Positions 38,176 to 46,121 of a stretch of 64,000 nt of DNA are shown here, one piece after another; position 1 is the stretch's first letter, and the number at the start of each line of letters is the position of its first letter. The stretch covers positions 1,294,803 to 1,358,802 of the forward strand of contig OZ244895.1 of NCBI GenBank assembly GCA_965221555.1, read 5' to 3'. Source of the stretch: Gammaproteobacteria bacterium. Lineage in GTDB: Bacteria; Pseudomonadota; Gammaproteobacteria; HK1. The position numbers were made by a program, and so were the translations under genes. The notes below the pieces were generated by a model that had not been told where the DNA came from, did no database searches, and saw only the letters and a program-made list of their open reading frames with translations.

Positions 38176-39576
38176 ACGGTGAGCGTTCTCATCAAGAACG
38201 GCAGGGTCGTCACCGCGGTGGACGACTACCATGCCGACATCTACGTCGACGGCGAGACCGTGGCCCTGATCGGGAGGGAGCTTCTGATCGATGCCGATAC
38301 GGTGATCGACGCAACGGGAAAGCTGGTCGTCCCCGGCGGGGTAGACCCCCATACCCATCTCGAGCTTCCCTTCGGGGGCACGATGACCTCCGACACCTTC
38401 GAGACCGGCACCCGGGCCGCGGCCCACGGCGGCACGACCTGCATCATAGATTTCGCGGTGCAGTCGAAAGGCATGTCCACTCTCGAAGCCCTCGACATCT
38501 GGCACGCCAAGGCGGCCGGAAAGACGGCGGTGGACTACGCCTTCCACATGATCATCACCGATCTGCCGCCCCGCCGCGTAGCGGAGATGCGCCGCCTCGC
38601 CGACGAGGGCATCACGAGCTACAAGCTCTTCATGGCGTATCCCGGCGTGATGCTCTCCGATGACGGCACGATCTTTCGGGCTCTGCGCAAGTCGGGCGAA
38701 GACGGCACTCTGGTGTGCATGCACGCGGAGAACGGCATCGTCATCGACGAGCTCGTGCGCATCGCGCTCGAGCAGGGCGAGATCACTCCCCGGCAGCATG
38801 CACTGACCCGGCCCACCCGCCTCGAAGCGGAAGGCGTCCACCGCGCTCTGGCGATCGCCGAAGTGGCCCATGCTCCCATCTACATCGTCCATCTCAGTTG
38901 CTACGATGCCCTCCACGAGCTTCGCCAGGCGCAGGCGAGGGGGGTGATGGCCCACGCGGAGACCTGCCCCCAGTATCTCCTGCTCGACGTCGGCGCCTAC
39001 GACGCGCCCGGCTTCGACGGTGCGAAGTACGTGCTCACTCCGCCCTTGCGCGAAGAGTGGAACCAGGACGAGCTGTGGCGCGCGCTACGCTACAAGTCCC
39101 TCGACGTCATCTCCACCGACCACTGCCCTTTCTGCCTCAAGGAGCAGAAGGAGCTCGGCCGGAGTGATTTCAGCAAGATCCCGAACGGCGGGCCCGGAAT
39201 CGAGAACCGGATGAGTCTCATCTACCACCACGGCGTGAGCGGCGGCCGCATCGACCTCAATCGCTTCGTCGAGCTGACCTCCACCGCGGCGGCCAAGATC
39301 TTCGGACTCTTCCCGAAGAAGGGCACCATCGCGGTGGGGAGCGATGCCGACATCGTGATCTTCGACCCCGAGCGCGAGGAGACGATCAGCGTCCACAACC
39401 CGCGAACCCATCACATGAACATCGACTACTCCGCCTACGAGGGGTTCAGGGTGAAGGGGTACACCGACACGGTGCTCTCCCGCGGGAAGGTCGTCATCGA
39501 TCGCGGCGAGTACGTCGGCAGGGCCGGGGACGGGGTTTTCGTCAAACGCGGTCCCTACGGGGGCATCCACGCCTGA
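38176..39576 (+). CDS. dihydropyrimidinase / D-hydantoinase (cyclic amidohydrolase)
   Basis: Motifs PGGVDPHTHLELPF and the carboxylated-Lys region SYKLFMAY, plus HAENG and STDHCPF. GTG start inferred near 38176. Confidence 0.9.
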   Translation, partial: TVSVLIKNGRVVTAVDDYHADIYVDGETVALIGRELLIDADTVIDATGKLVVPGGVDPHTHLELPFGGTMTSDTFETGTRAAAHGGTTCIIDFAVQSKGMSTLEALDIWHAKAAGKTAVDYAFHMIITDLPPRRVAEMRRLADEGITSYKLFMAYPGVMLSDDGTIFRALRKSGEDGTLVCMHAENGIVIDELVRIALEQGEITPRQHALTRPTRLEAEGVHRALAIAEVAHAPIYIVHLSCYDALHELRQAQARGVMAHAETCPQYLLLDVGAYDAPGFDGAKYVLTPPLREEWNQDELWRALRYKSLDVISTDHCPFCLKEQKELGRSDFSKIPNGGPGIENRMSLIYHHGVSGGRIDLNRFVELTSTAAAKIFGLFPKKGTIAVGSDADIVIFDPEREETISVHNPRTHHMNIDYSAYEGFRVKGYTDTVLSRGKVVIDRGEYVGRAGDGVFVKRGPYGGIHA

Positions 39577-39610
39577 CGCCTCGGGCGTTCCGGGCGCGGG
39601 CGCCGACCCT

Positions 39611-40078
39611 TCAGGCCGCTTGGGTCTCCGTGCGGATGACCTTCAAGAGCCAGAAGATCACACAGAAGATGGCGGTGACGACGACCAGCGCGACCAGTGC
39701 TCCGAGCCGCTTGCCGAACTCCGCGTCTATCGCGTACCCCTCGTTCAGCAAGTGAACGCAGAGGATCTGGAGAGCCTGAAGGGTGGCGCCGCCGGCGAGA
39801 AGGATGGCGGTGAACGTGGAGCCGCGAAGCGAGCTCAGCACCATGGCGTCGACGCTGTGGCGTTTCGCGATGTAGACGCGATAGGCGTGCCAGTGGTAGG
39901 CGCAGAATCCGATGATGCCGACGATGAGGGCGGCCCAGAAGATCACGTTGCCAAAGCTGATGCCGTTGATGACGCGCACGAAGATCTGCTCGAAGGGCGC
40001 GGAGTAGTAGAGAAAGATCAGCACGATGATGAACAGGATGAAACCGACCACGGTCCAGAACCACTGCCATCCGCTCAT
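39611..40078 (-). CDS. small integral membrane protein, paralog of 25444..25953
   Basis: About 4 TM helices. The motifs WFWTVVGFILFIIVLIFLYY...FGNVIFWAAL...LAGGATLQALQ are shared with the other copy. Confidence 0.55.
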   Translation of the reverse strand: MSGWQWFWTVVGFILFIIVLIFLYYSAPFEQIFVRVINGISFGNVIFWAALIVGIIGFCAYHWHAYRVYIAKRHSVDAMVLSSLRGSTFTAILLAGGATLQALQILCVHLLNEGYAIDAEFGKRLGALVALVVVTAIFCVIFWLLKVIRTETQAA

Positions 40079-40421
40079 GCCGCTCTCCGCTGTGTCGTTG
40101 CGACCGGAACGCGCCGCTTCACCTTTTTGCCACCGACTTGTTCCGGCTCGCAGGGCGCCGGGACATCAAGGCCCGGCTCGCCGCCATTTCTAACCGATCG
40201 CTTCGCGGCCATCAATTGCGCGCCCGGCCCCGCCGCAACGCTCACCGCCTGACGTCTGGGTACGCGCACCGCCGGTGCGGAAAGGGTCGAATGCGAGCCG
40301 GAGTGCGCGACAGTGCGGTTGAAGTCCGCTTGCGCATCCCGATTCCCCGACCCCCCGGGCCGCTGCCGGTATCTGCGCGAATGTGCCTGACCGTGCTTCG
40401 CGCATCGCGCAAACACCGCGC

Positions 40422-41465
40422 TCAGGCGCCGCCCGGCGTGGCCACGACGAGAAAGATCACGTACAGGACCACGAAGACTGTGTCCTTGATCGCGGGAATC
40501 AGGTGCCGTTGGACGCCTCTGCGGGCGATGAGGCTGATGATCTCGATGGCGAAGAAGACCAGTCCAAGAATGAAGATTGGCCATATCGTGCTCCACCAGG
40601 AGACCTCGGCCGGCGCCTCGCTCTCGTGGAGCCAGCGCCACAGCGCCAGGAGGAGGGGCAGGAGAGCGAGGTAGCCGGTGGCGACGAGAAAGCGTCCCCG
40701 GAACTGCGTCCGGTCGAGCAGCCAGAACACCGCAAAGAAAGCCGCGATGTGGACCAGATCCCAGAAGAAGGCGCGGTAGCCCTCCCGATTGTCGAGTTGC
40801 TCGAGGTTCAGGAAACCCAGAAGCAGCGCGACGACGATGAGATCGCAGAGCAGCCACTCCCGCAACCCCTCCGCCCGGCCCTTCGGGGTCCAGCTTCGCG
40901 TCGCCTTGTCGAAGAGGAGGACGAGGGCGACCGCGAAGCTCGCCGGATACAGCACCCGAAGGACGAGAACCGCCTGCCCGGCGGGATCCAGGTACGTCCA
41001 TCCGAGAGTGAGGATCCCGAGCGCGAGCAGCAGCAAGCCGAGGAGCCGGGCGCCGGCCGGACTTCCCATCGTCGCGGACTCCGCGGCGGCGGCGGCATCC
41101 GGGGCGGCGCCGGTCTCGCTCTGTCCGACTACCCGCGCGACGAGAAACACGATGAGGAAGACCAGCGCCAGCGCGGCGGCGGCCAGCATGACTCCCAGGA
41201 ACACCCCGGACCGGACCTCCGCCCGCCAGCCCGCGCCCACACCAGACTCCGGACTCCACTGCACGGCGACGGCGAGTGCGAGCACGACCAGCACCACGAG
41301 CAGCGCGGTCGCGAGCAACACCTCGAACCACCGGGGCTTGGGAGCCCGCGCGCTCTGCATCGCTTCCCGGCCACGCTCTCGTGCGAGGTGCAGGGCCGCG
41401 ATCACCACGAGCACCGTAGCGGCGGCCGCGAGGACGACGAGCGCGACGATGGCAAGCGCGGTCAT
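40422..41465 (-). CDS. hypothetical polytopic membrane protein (about 8 TM helices)
   Basis: Consistently hydrophobic helices across 347 aa, with no domain call. An overlapping Arg-rich antisense ORF was discounted. Confidence 0.55.
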   Translation of the reverse strand: MTALAIVALVVLAAAATVLVVIAALHLARERGREAMQSARAPKPRWFEVLLATALLVVLVVLALAVAVQWSPESGVGAGWRAEVRSGVFLGVMLAAAALALVFLIVFLVARVVGQSETGAAPDAAAAAESATMGSPAGARLLGLLLLALGILTLGWTYLDPAGQAVLVLRVLYPASFAVALVLLFDKATRSWTPKGRAEGLREWLLCDLIVVALLLGFLNLEQLDNREGYRAFFWDLVHIAAFFAVFWLLDRTQFRGRFLVATGYLALLPLLLALWRWLHESEAPAEVSWWSTIWPIFILGLVFFAIEIISLIARRGVQRHLIPAIKDTVFVVLYVIFLVVATPGGA

Positions 41466-41469
41466 GCGT

Positions 41470-41745
41470 GCCGCTCCGTCAGCTTGTGTACTTCAGGGAT
41501 CTTCACGAAGGATGTCGTGATGGCAGGAAGCACGGACCGAAGGACGCACAAGGGTGAGCCGGAAACAGGCGAAGCCCCGGTGGCGAGCGGGCGAGCCAGG
41601 GATGGCTTGCCCGGGCCGGAAAGCGTCCCCCAAGGACCGCGCGGCGATTCGGGTGGCCGACACCACGTCGAAAGGGTTGGATGGGGTGCGGTCCGCAACC
41701 GCGAGCATATTGGCGTCCACAGCGAAAAATCAGTGAGATGTCGAG
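41470..41745 (-). repeat. MITE/REP-like element, copy D (long variant, about 275 bp, minus orientation), abutting the crcB stop
   Basis: The reverse complement matches copy A/C cores (GGACGCCAATATGCTCGCGGTTGCGG... and CGCCTGTTTCCGGCTC...GTCCGTGCTTCCTGCCATCAC) and shares the GGCCCGGGCAAGCCATCC insert segment with copy B. Confidence 0.8.
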
Positions 41746-42123
41746 TCAGAGCCAGCGCGTCGCCCACATGCCGGCGAGCACCGCCGCGAGACAGAGCACG
41801 TTGTTGGCCAGCACATTCGCGGCGGCGGCGCCCCATTGGCCCTGCTCGAAGAGGCGCAGTGTCTCGTAGGCATAGCTTGAGAAGGTGGTGAACGAGCCGC
41901 AGAAGCCTACCGCGATGAGCAGGCGCAGCGCGGGATCGCTCACCGCCCTTGCGCTTGCCAGGGCGAAGAAGAAGCCGAGCACCAGGCTCCCGCACACGTT
42001 GGCAATCAGGGTGCCGTGGGGCCAGGCGGGGTCAAGGTAGCGGGCGCTCAGCAGGCTCACCCCGTAGCGGGCGTTCGCACCGGCGAAGGCCCCGCCTCCC
42101 ACCAGCATCATCTCCTTAAGCAT
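41746..42123 (-). CDS. crcB: fluoride ion channel CrcB/Fluc
   Basis: 125 aa with 4 TM helices. Carries the CrcB signature GFCGSFTTFSS and the LIANVCGSLVLGFF motif. Confidence 0.9.
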   Translation of the reverse strand: MLKEMMLVGGGAFAGANARYGVSLLSARYLDPAWPHGTLIANVCGSLVLGFFFALASARAVSDPALRLLIAVGFCGSFTTFSSYAYETLRLFEQGQWGAAAANVLANNVLCLAAVLAGMWATRWL

Positions 42124-42147
42124 CGTCGCCGTCCCCCGGCCACATCC

Positions 42148-42393
42148 TCAGCGCGCCCCGCTCCAGTCACGCTTGATCCCCCGTCGCGTCCCGAGTTCGC
42201 CGCTCTCGTCCATGCAGATATCGACCCGGTAGCCGCCGCGTCGCGCCGCCGACAGGGCGCTGCGAATCCGGTCACGTGCTTGCGGAGCGGCGTTCTTCAT
42301 CTTCGCGAGACCGAGGATGGTCAGCCCGTAGTCGCCGCATTGGGGGCAGGAGACTTTGAGGTAGGGTGCATGCTGGCCTTTCCACACCCGCAC
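42148..42393 (-). CDS. small zinc-ribbon protein (81 aa, CPQCGDYG motif), hypothetical
   Basis: Cys pair CPQC with downstream Cys; the compact ORF sits immediately upstream of crcB on the same strand. Confidence 0.45.
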   Translation of the reverse strand: MRVWKGQHAPYLKVSCPQCGDYGLTILGLAKMKNAAPQARDRIRSALSAARRGGYRVDICMDESGELGTRRGIKRDWSGAR

Positions 42394-42512
42394 CGGGCCC
42401 TCGCAGACGACGCAGCGGTTTATGGTGCTTCCCCTTGAATGTGGCTCGCACCGGCGGCCGTGCCCGGAAGGCGCAACGCGGGCTGCGGTGACCGAAGGGT
42501 ACGCGATGGTGG

Positions 42513-42780
42513 CCCGCGATTTTCACCGATTTCCTGTCGCCCACGCCAATATGGTCGCGGTTGCGAGCCTTCATCCGTCGCGGCGCTTTCGACTTCGTGT
42601 TGGCTACCGGCAACGCTTGGCATTCCCGGCTTCGCTTTCCGGCCGGGCAAGCCATCCGCGGCCGGCCCGCGCGCAGGGAAGTCCGCGTCACCGGCGCTGC
42701 GTCTGTTACCAGCTCGCGGTTGCGTGTCTTTCTTGCTCGGTGCGTCAAAGCATCGCGCCATGTGGGCTCCCGATCGGCCC
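42513..42780 (+). repeat. MITE/REP-like element, copy B (long variant, right end degenerate)
   Basis: Left end CCCGCGATTTTCACCGATTTCC, core CCACGCCAATATGGTCGCGGTTGCGAGCC and GGCCGGGCAAGCCATCC segment. No clean right-hand inverted repeat. Confidence 0.75.
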
Positions 42781-42789
42781 CCCAGCCCT

Positions 42790-44346
42790 TCAGGTGGGAC
42801 TCGGGGCGCGGTCCTGCAAGGTCTTCCACGCGCGCTCGGCGAAACCGGCTCCGGCCTGTTCGTAGTAGTTGTAGGTCGTGGTGCAACCGCAGGTGAGGAG
42901 TTCGCCGGCCTCCTCGGGGTAGACGTTGGTCGCGCTCAGGAGCCCCTGGTAACCGGCGCGGCGGATCTCGGTGATCGCGAAGCGCTTCGCTTCGAGGTCG
43001 GGCACCGCCAGCAGCACCGCGTTCACGCCGTCGAGACGCAGGCGCTGCCACAGGTCCGGGTCCTCGGCATCGCCGTAGACCACGCGGCGCCCTTCGGCGA
43101 GATGCCGCTGGACCTCCGCCGGATCCGAGTCCAGGCCGACGACCCGCATCCCTCGCTCCTTGAGCAGCTCGTAGGCGCCGAGGCCGACCCGGCCCATTCC
43201 GAAGATCATGACGTCCGCCGCGCCGATGGAGAGCGGCTCGTCGTCGGGATGCCGTTGTCTACGTTCGAGGCGCGAGACGAAGGGCGAGAGCCGGACATAG
43301 ATGGTGTGCGAGGCGTGATTGAGCGGAGCCGAGATCGCGAACGAGAGTGCGACCGTGATCGCCAGGGCGACCACCCAGCTCTCGGGCAGCAGGCCGCGCG
43401 CGGCCACCGCCTGGACCACGATCAGCCCGAACTCGCTGTAGTTGGTCAGCGCGAGGCCCGCCAGCACCCCGCTGCGCGCCCGGAGCTTGAACCCGATGAG
43501 CAGGCAGTAGAACAGCAGACCCTTCAGAGGCAGCAGGGCGAGGGCGAGGAGCGCGAAGACCAGTATCTCGCCGTCGGGAAGCCCGGACATGCCGATAAGC
43601 AGAAAGAACCCGACGAGAAAGGCTTCCTTCAGTCCCCACAGCGCGTCTTGCAGCTCTTGCGCCTTCGGATGGTCCGCGAGCAGGCTGCCGAGCACCAGCG
43701 CACCGAGCTCGCCGCTCAGTCCGAGCGCTTCGAAGCCGAAACCTCCCGCGAGCGCGAGGCCCATGCCGAGCAGCAGCAGGATCTCCCCGCGCCCGGCGAC
43801 GTCGAGGAGCCGGTGGACGAGGCGACGCGCCGGGAGGAGCGCGAGCAGCGCGATGGCCCACGGCGACGGCACGGTACCCAGCGATAGCCCGATGACCGCG
43901 ATGGCGGCCAGATCCTGGATGATGAGGATCCCGATCGCGACCCGGCCGTGAAATGCGCGAAGCTCGCGTTTCTCGTCGAGCGACTTCGCCGCGACCACCG
44001 TGCTCGAGAAGCCGAGCGCGCCGGCGACGAGAAGCGCGACGACCCAGCCCGTACCGAGTCCATAGACGAGGAGAACGGCGAAAAACCCGGTGGAAAGCGC
44101 GAGATGGACGAGGGCGGTTCCCCACACTTCGGGGCGCACGATGTTGCGCAGGCGCACCTTCATTCCCACCGTGAACAACATGAGCAGCACGCCGGCATGC
44201 GCGATGGGTTCAAGCTCGTCGGGTGCGGCGAACCCACCCGCATTGAGAACGAATCCCGCCGCGAGAAAGCCGACGAGAGGCGGCATGCCAAGCGAGCGGG
44301 CGGCAAGCCCCAGGACGAACGCGCAGGCGATGAAGATCCCGGCCAT
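42790..44346 (-). CDS. monovalent cation:proton antiporter (CPA2, Kef-type) with C-terminal TrkA-N/RCK domain
   Basis: About 12 TM Na_H_Exchanger-like region plus a Rossmann RCK region (VVGLDSDPAEV...VYGDAEDPD). Confidence 0.85.
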   Translation of the reverse strand: MAGIFIACAFVLGLAARSLGMPPLVGFLAAGFVLNAGGFAAPDELEPIAHAGVLLMLFTVGMKVRLRNIVRPEVWGTALVHLALSTGFFAVLLVYGLGTGWVVALLVAGALGFSSTVVAAKSLDEKRELRAFHGRVAIGILIIQDLAAIAVIGLSLGTVPSPWAIALLALLPARRLVHRLLDVAGRGEILLLLGMGLALAGGFGFEALGLSGELGALVLGSLLADHPKAQELQDALWGLKEAFLVGFFLLIGMSGLPDGEILVFALLALALLPLKGLLFYCLLIGFKLRARSGVLAGLALTNYSEFGLIVVQAVAARGLLPESWVVALAITVALSFAISAPLNHASHTIYVRLSPFVSRLERRQRHPDDEPLSIGAADVMIFGMGRVGLGAYELLKERGMRVVGLDSDPAEVQRHLAEGRRVVYGDAEDPDLWQRLRLDGVNAVLLAVPDLEAKRFAITEIRRAGYQGLLSATNVYPEEAGELLTCGCTTTYNYYEQAGAGFAERAWKTLQDRAPSPT

Positions 44347-44495
44347 GGTCAGCCTTCAGTCGTCATGTCTCGCCAATTCACCGCCGCGAGCGCACATCCG
44401 CCGGCATGTGCGGCGTTGCGGGTGCGCCTTCGCTTCGCGGGTTGGTGAAACATGGCGGCTGACGCTCGAGCTCCGGGCGGAATGTGGTGGCGGAT

Positions 44496-46121
44496 CTAGG
44501 GGACCGGATGCGCAGCGCGCGCGCCGCGCTCGCGCAGGAACTCGTTCAGTACCCGCCCGGTGTGGGAACGGCGGGTGCGGCGGGCGACCTGGGCGGGCGA
44601 ACCGCTCGCGACGACGCGCCCGCCGCCGCCGCCGCCTTCGGGGCCGAGATCGATGACGTGGTCCGCCTCCGCGATGACGTCGAGATTGTGCTCGATGACC
44701 ACCACCGTGTTGCCGGCATCGACGAGGCGATGGAGGACTTCGACGAGCTTCGCGACATCGGCCATGTGCAGGCCGATGGTGGGCTCGTCCAGCACGTAGA
44801 GGGAGTGTCCGTCTCGTTTCGGGGCGGCTTTGCCCTTGCTGTTCCGGGTGCTCACGCGCACCGGATCCGCGGGCCGCGTCTTCGCGAGCTCGGTGACGAG
44901 CTTGATGCGCTGCGCTTCGCCGCCGCTCAGGGTGGGACTCGGCTGGCCGAGGCAGAGGTAGCCGAGCCCGACATCCTGCAGGAGGCGAAGCGAGTGGTGC
45001 ACGGAGCGGTGCGCGGCGAAGAACTCGACCGCCTGGTCCACGTTCATCGCGAGGATGTCGGCAATGCTCCGATCGCGGAAGGATACCGACAGGGTCTCGG
45101 GATTGAAGCGGGCTCCCCCGCAGGCGTCGCAGGCGACCCTCACGTCGGGGAGGAAGCTCATCGCGATGCGGCGCATCCCCTGTCCTTCGCAGACCCCGCA
45201 TCGTCCCTCGCTCACATTGAACGAGAAACGTCCCGGCCCGTAGCCCCGAATGCGACTCTCGGTGGTTTCGGCGAAGAGGCGCCGAATGTGATCCATCACC
45301 CCGACGTAGGTGGCGGGGCAGGAGCGGGGTGTCTTTCCGATCGGGGTCTGGTCGACTTCCAGTACTCGCGAGACCCCTTCCCACCCGCTGAGCTCCCGGC
45401 ATCCCCGCAGGGGCGGGAGACGGCTTCCCCGGCGCCGGCGGGCGCCCAGGCGCCGGGCGAGGTTGTCGAGGAGCACCGCGCGCACCAGGGAGCTCTTCCC
45501 GCTGCCGCTCACTCCGGTCACGCAGGTCATCCGTGCGAGCGGAAAGCGCACGGTCAGGCCGTCGAGGTTGTTGAGGTCGGCGCCCGCGATCTGGATCTCG
45601 CCGTTCTCTGCGTTTCCGCCGGAGCCGTTGCGCGTCCGCCTCGCGTGGCGCAGCGGTTCGGCGAGAAAGCGCCCGGTCACCGAACGCGGGTCCTCGAGCA
45701 GCTCCTCGACACTGCCCGCGGCGACCACCTGACCTCCGTTGCGGCCCGCGCCGGGCCCCAGGTCGATGACGTGCTCGGCCTGCCGGATGGTCTCCTCGTC
45801 GTGCTCCACCACGACCACCGTATTCCCCTTCTTCTCCAGGTGTCGCAGGGTATCGAGCAGCATCCGGTTGTCGCGGGTGTGCAGGCCGATGGTGGGCTCG
45901 TCGAGGATGTAGCACACGCCGCGCAGGTTGGAGCCGAGCGATGCGGCGAGGCGGATGCGCTGCGCCTCGCCCCCGCTCAGGGTCGGTGCGGCGCGGTCGA
46001 GGGTGAGGTACCCGAGTCCGACCTGGCGCAGGAAATGCAGGCGCGAGCGGAGTTCACTCTGGATGTCGCGCGCGATCGCTTCCTCTCGGGGAGAGAGCTC
46101 CACCGCATCCAGGAAGCGTTT
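44496..46121 (-). pseudogene. continuation of the same UvrA-like gene in the -1 frame (C-terminal ABC module of the second unit)
   Basis: The frame becomes UvrA-like exactly where the other frame fails: RFLDAVELSPREEAIARDIQSELRSRLHFLRQVGLGYLTLDR...LSGGEAQRIRLA...GVSGSGKSSLV...LSGGEAQRIKLV...VIEHNLDVI. A 1-nt indel in a GCAAAC run near 46119-46121 would restore a single roughly 1,890-aa ORF. Confidence 0.7.

Noticed and set aside
40170-40350. Possible sixth, highly degenerate copy of the repeat element in the gap between two membrane-protein genes
   Set aside because: Only short matches (CCATTTCTAACCGATCGC, CCGTGCTTC) were found. These are too weak to call without an alignment tool.
42124-42520. 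Expected fluoride (crcB-motif) riboswitch upstream of crcB
   Set aside because: I could not find the conserved fluoride-aptamer segments by eye on the crcB strand. The region is occupied by a small CPxC ORF and a repeat element. This should be confirmed with Infernal.
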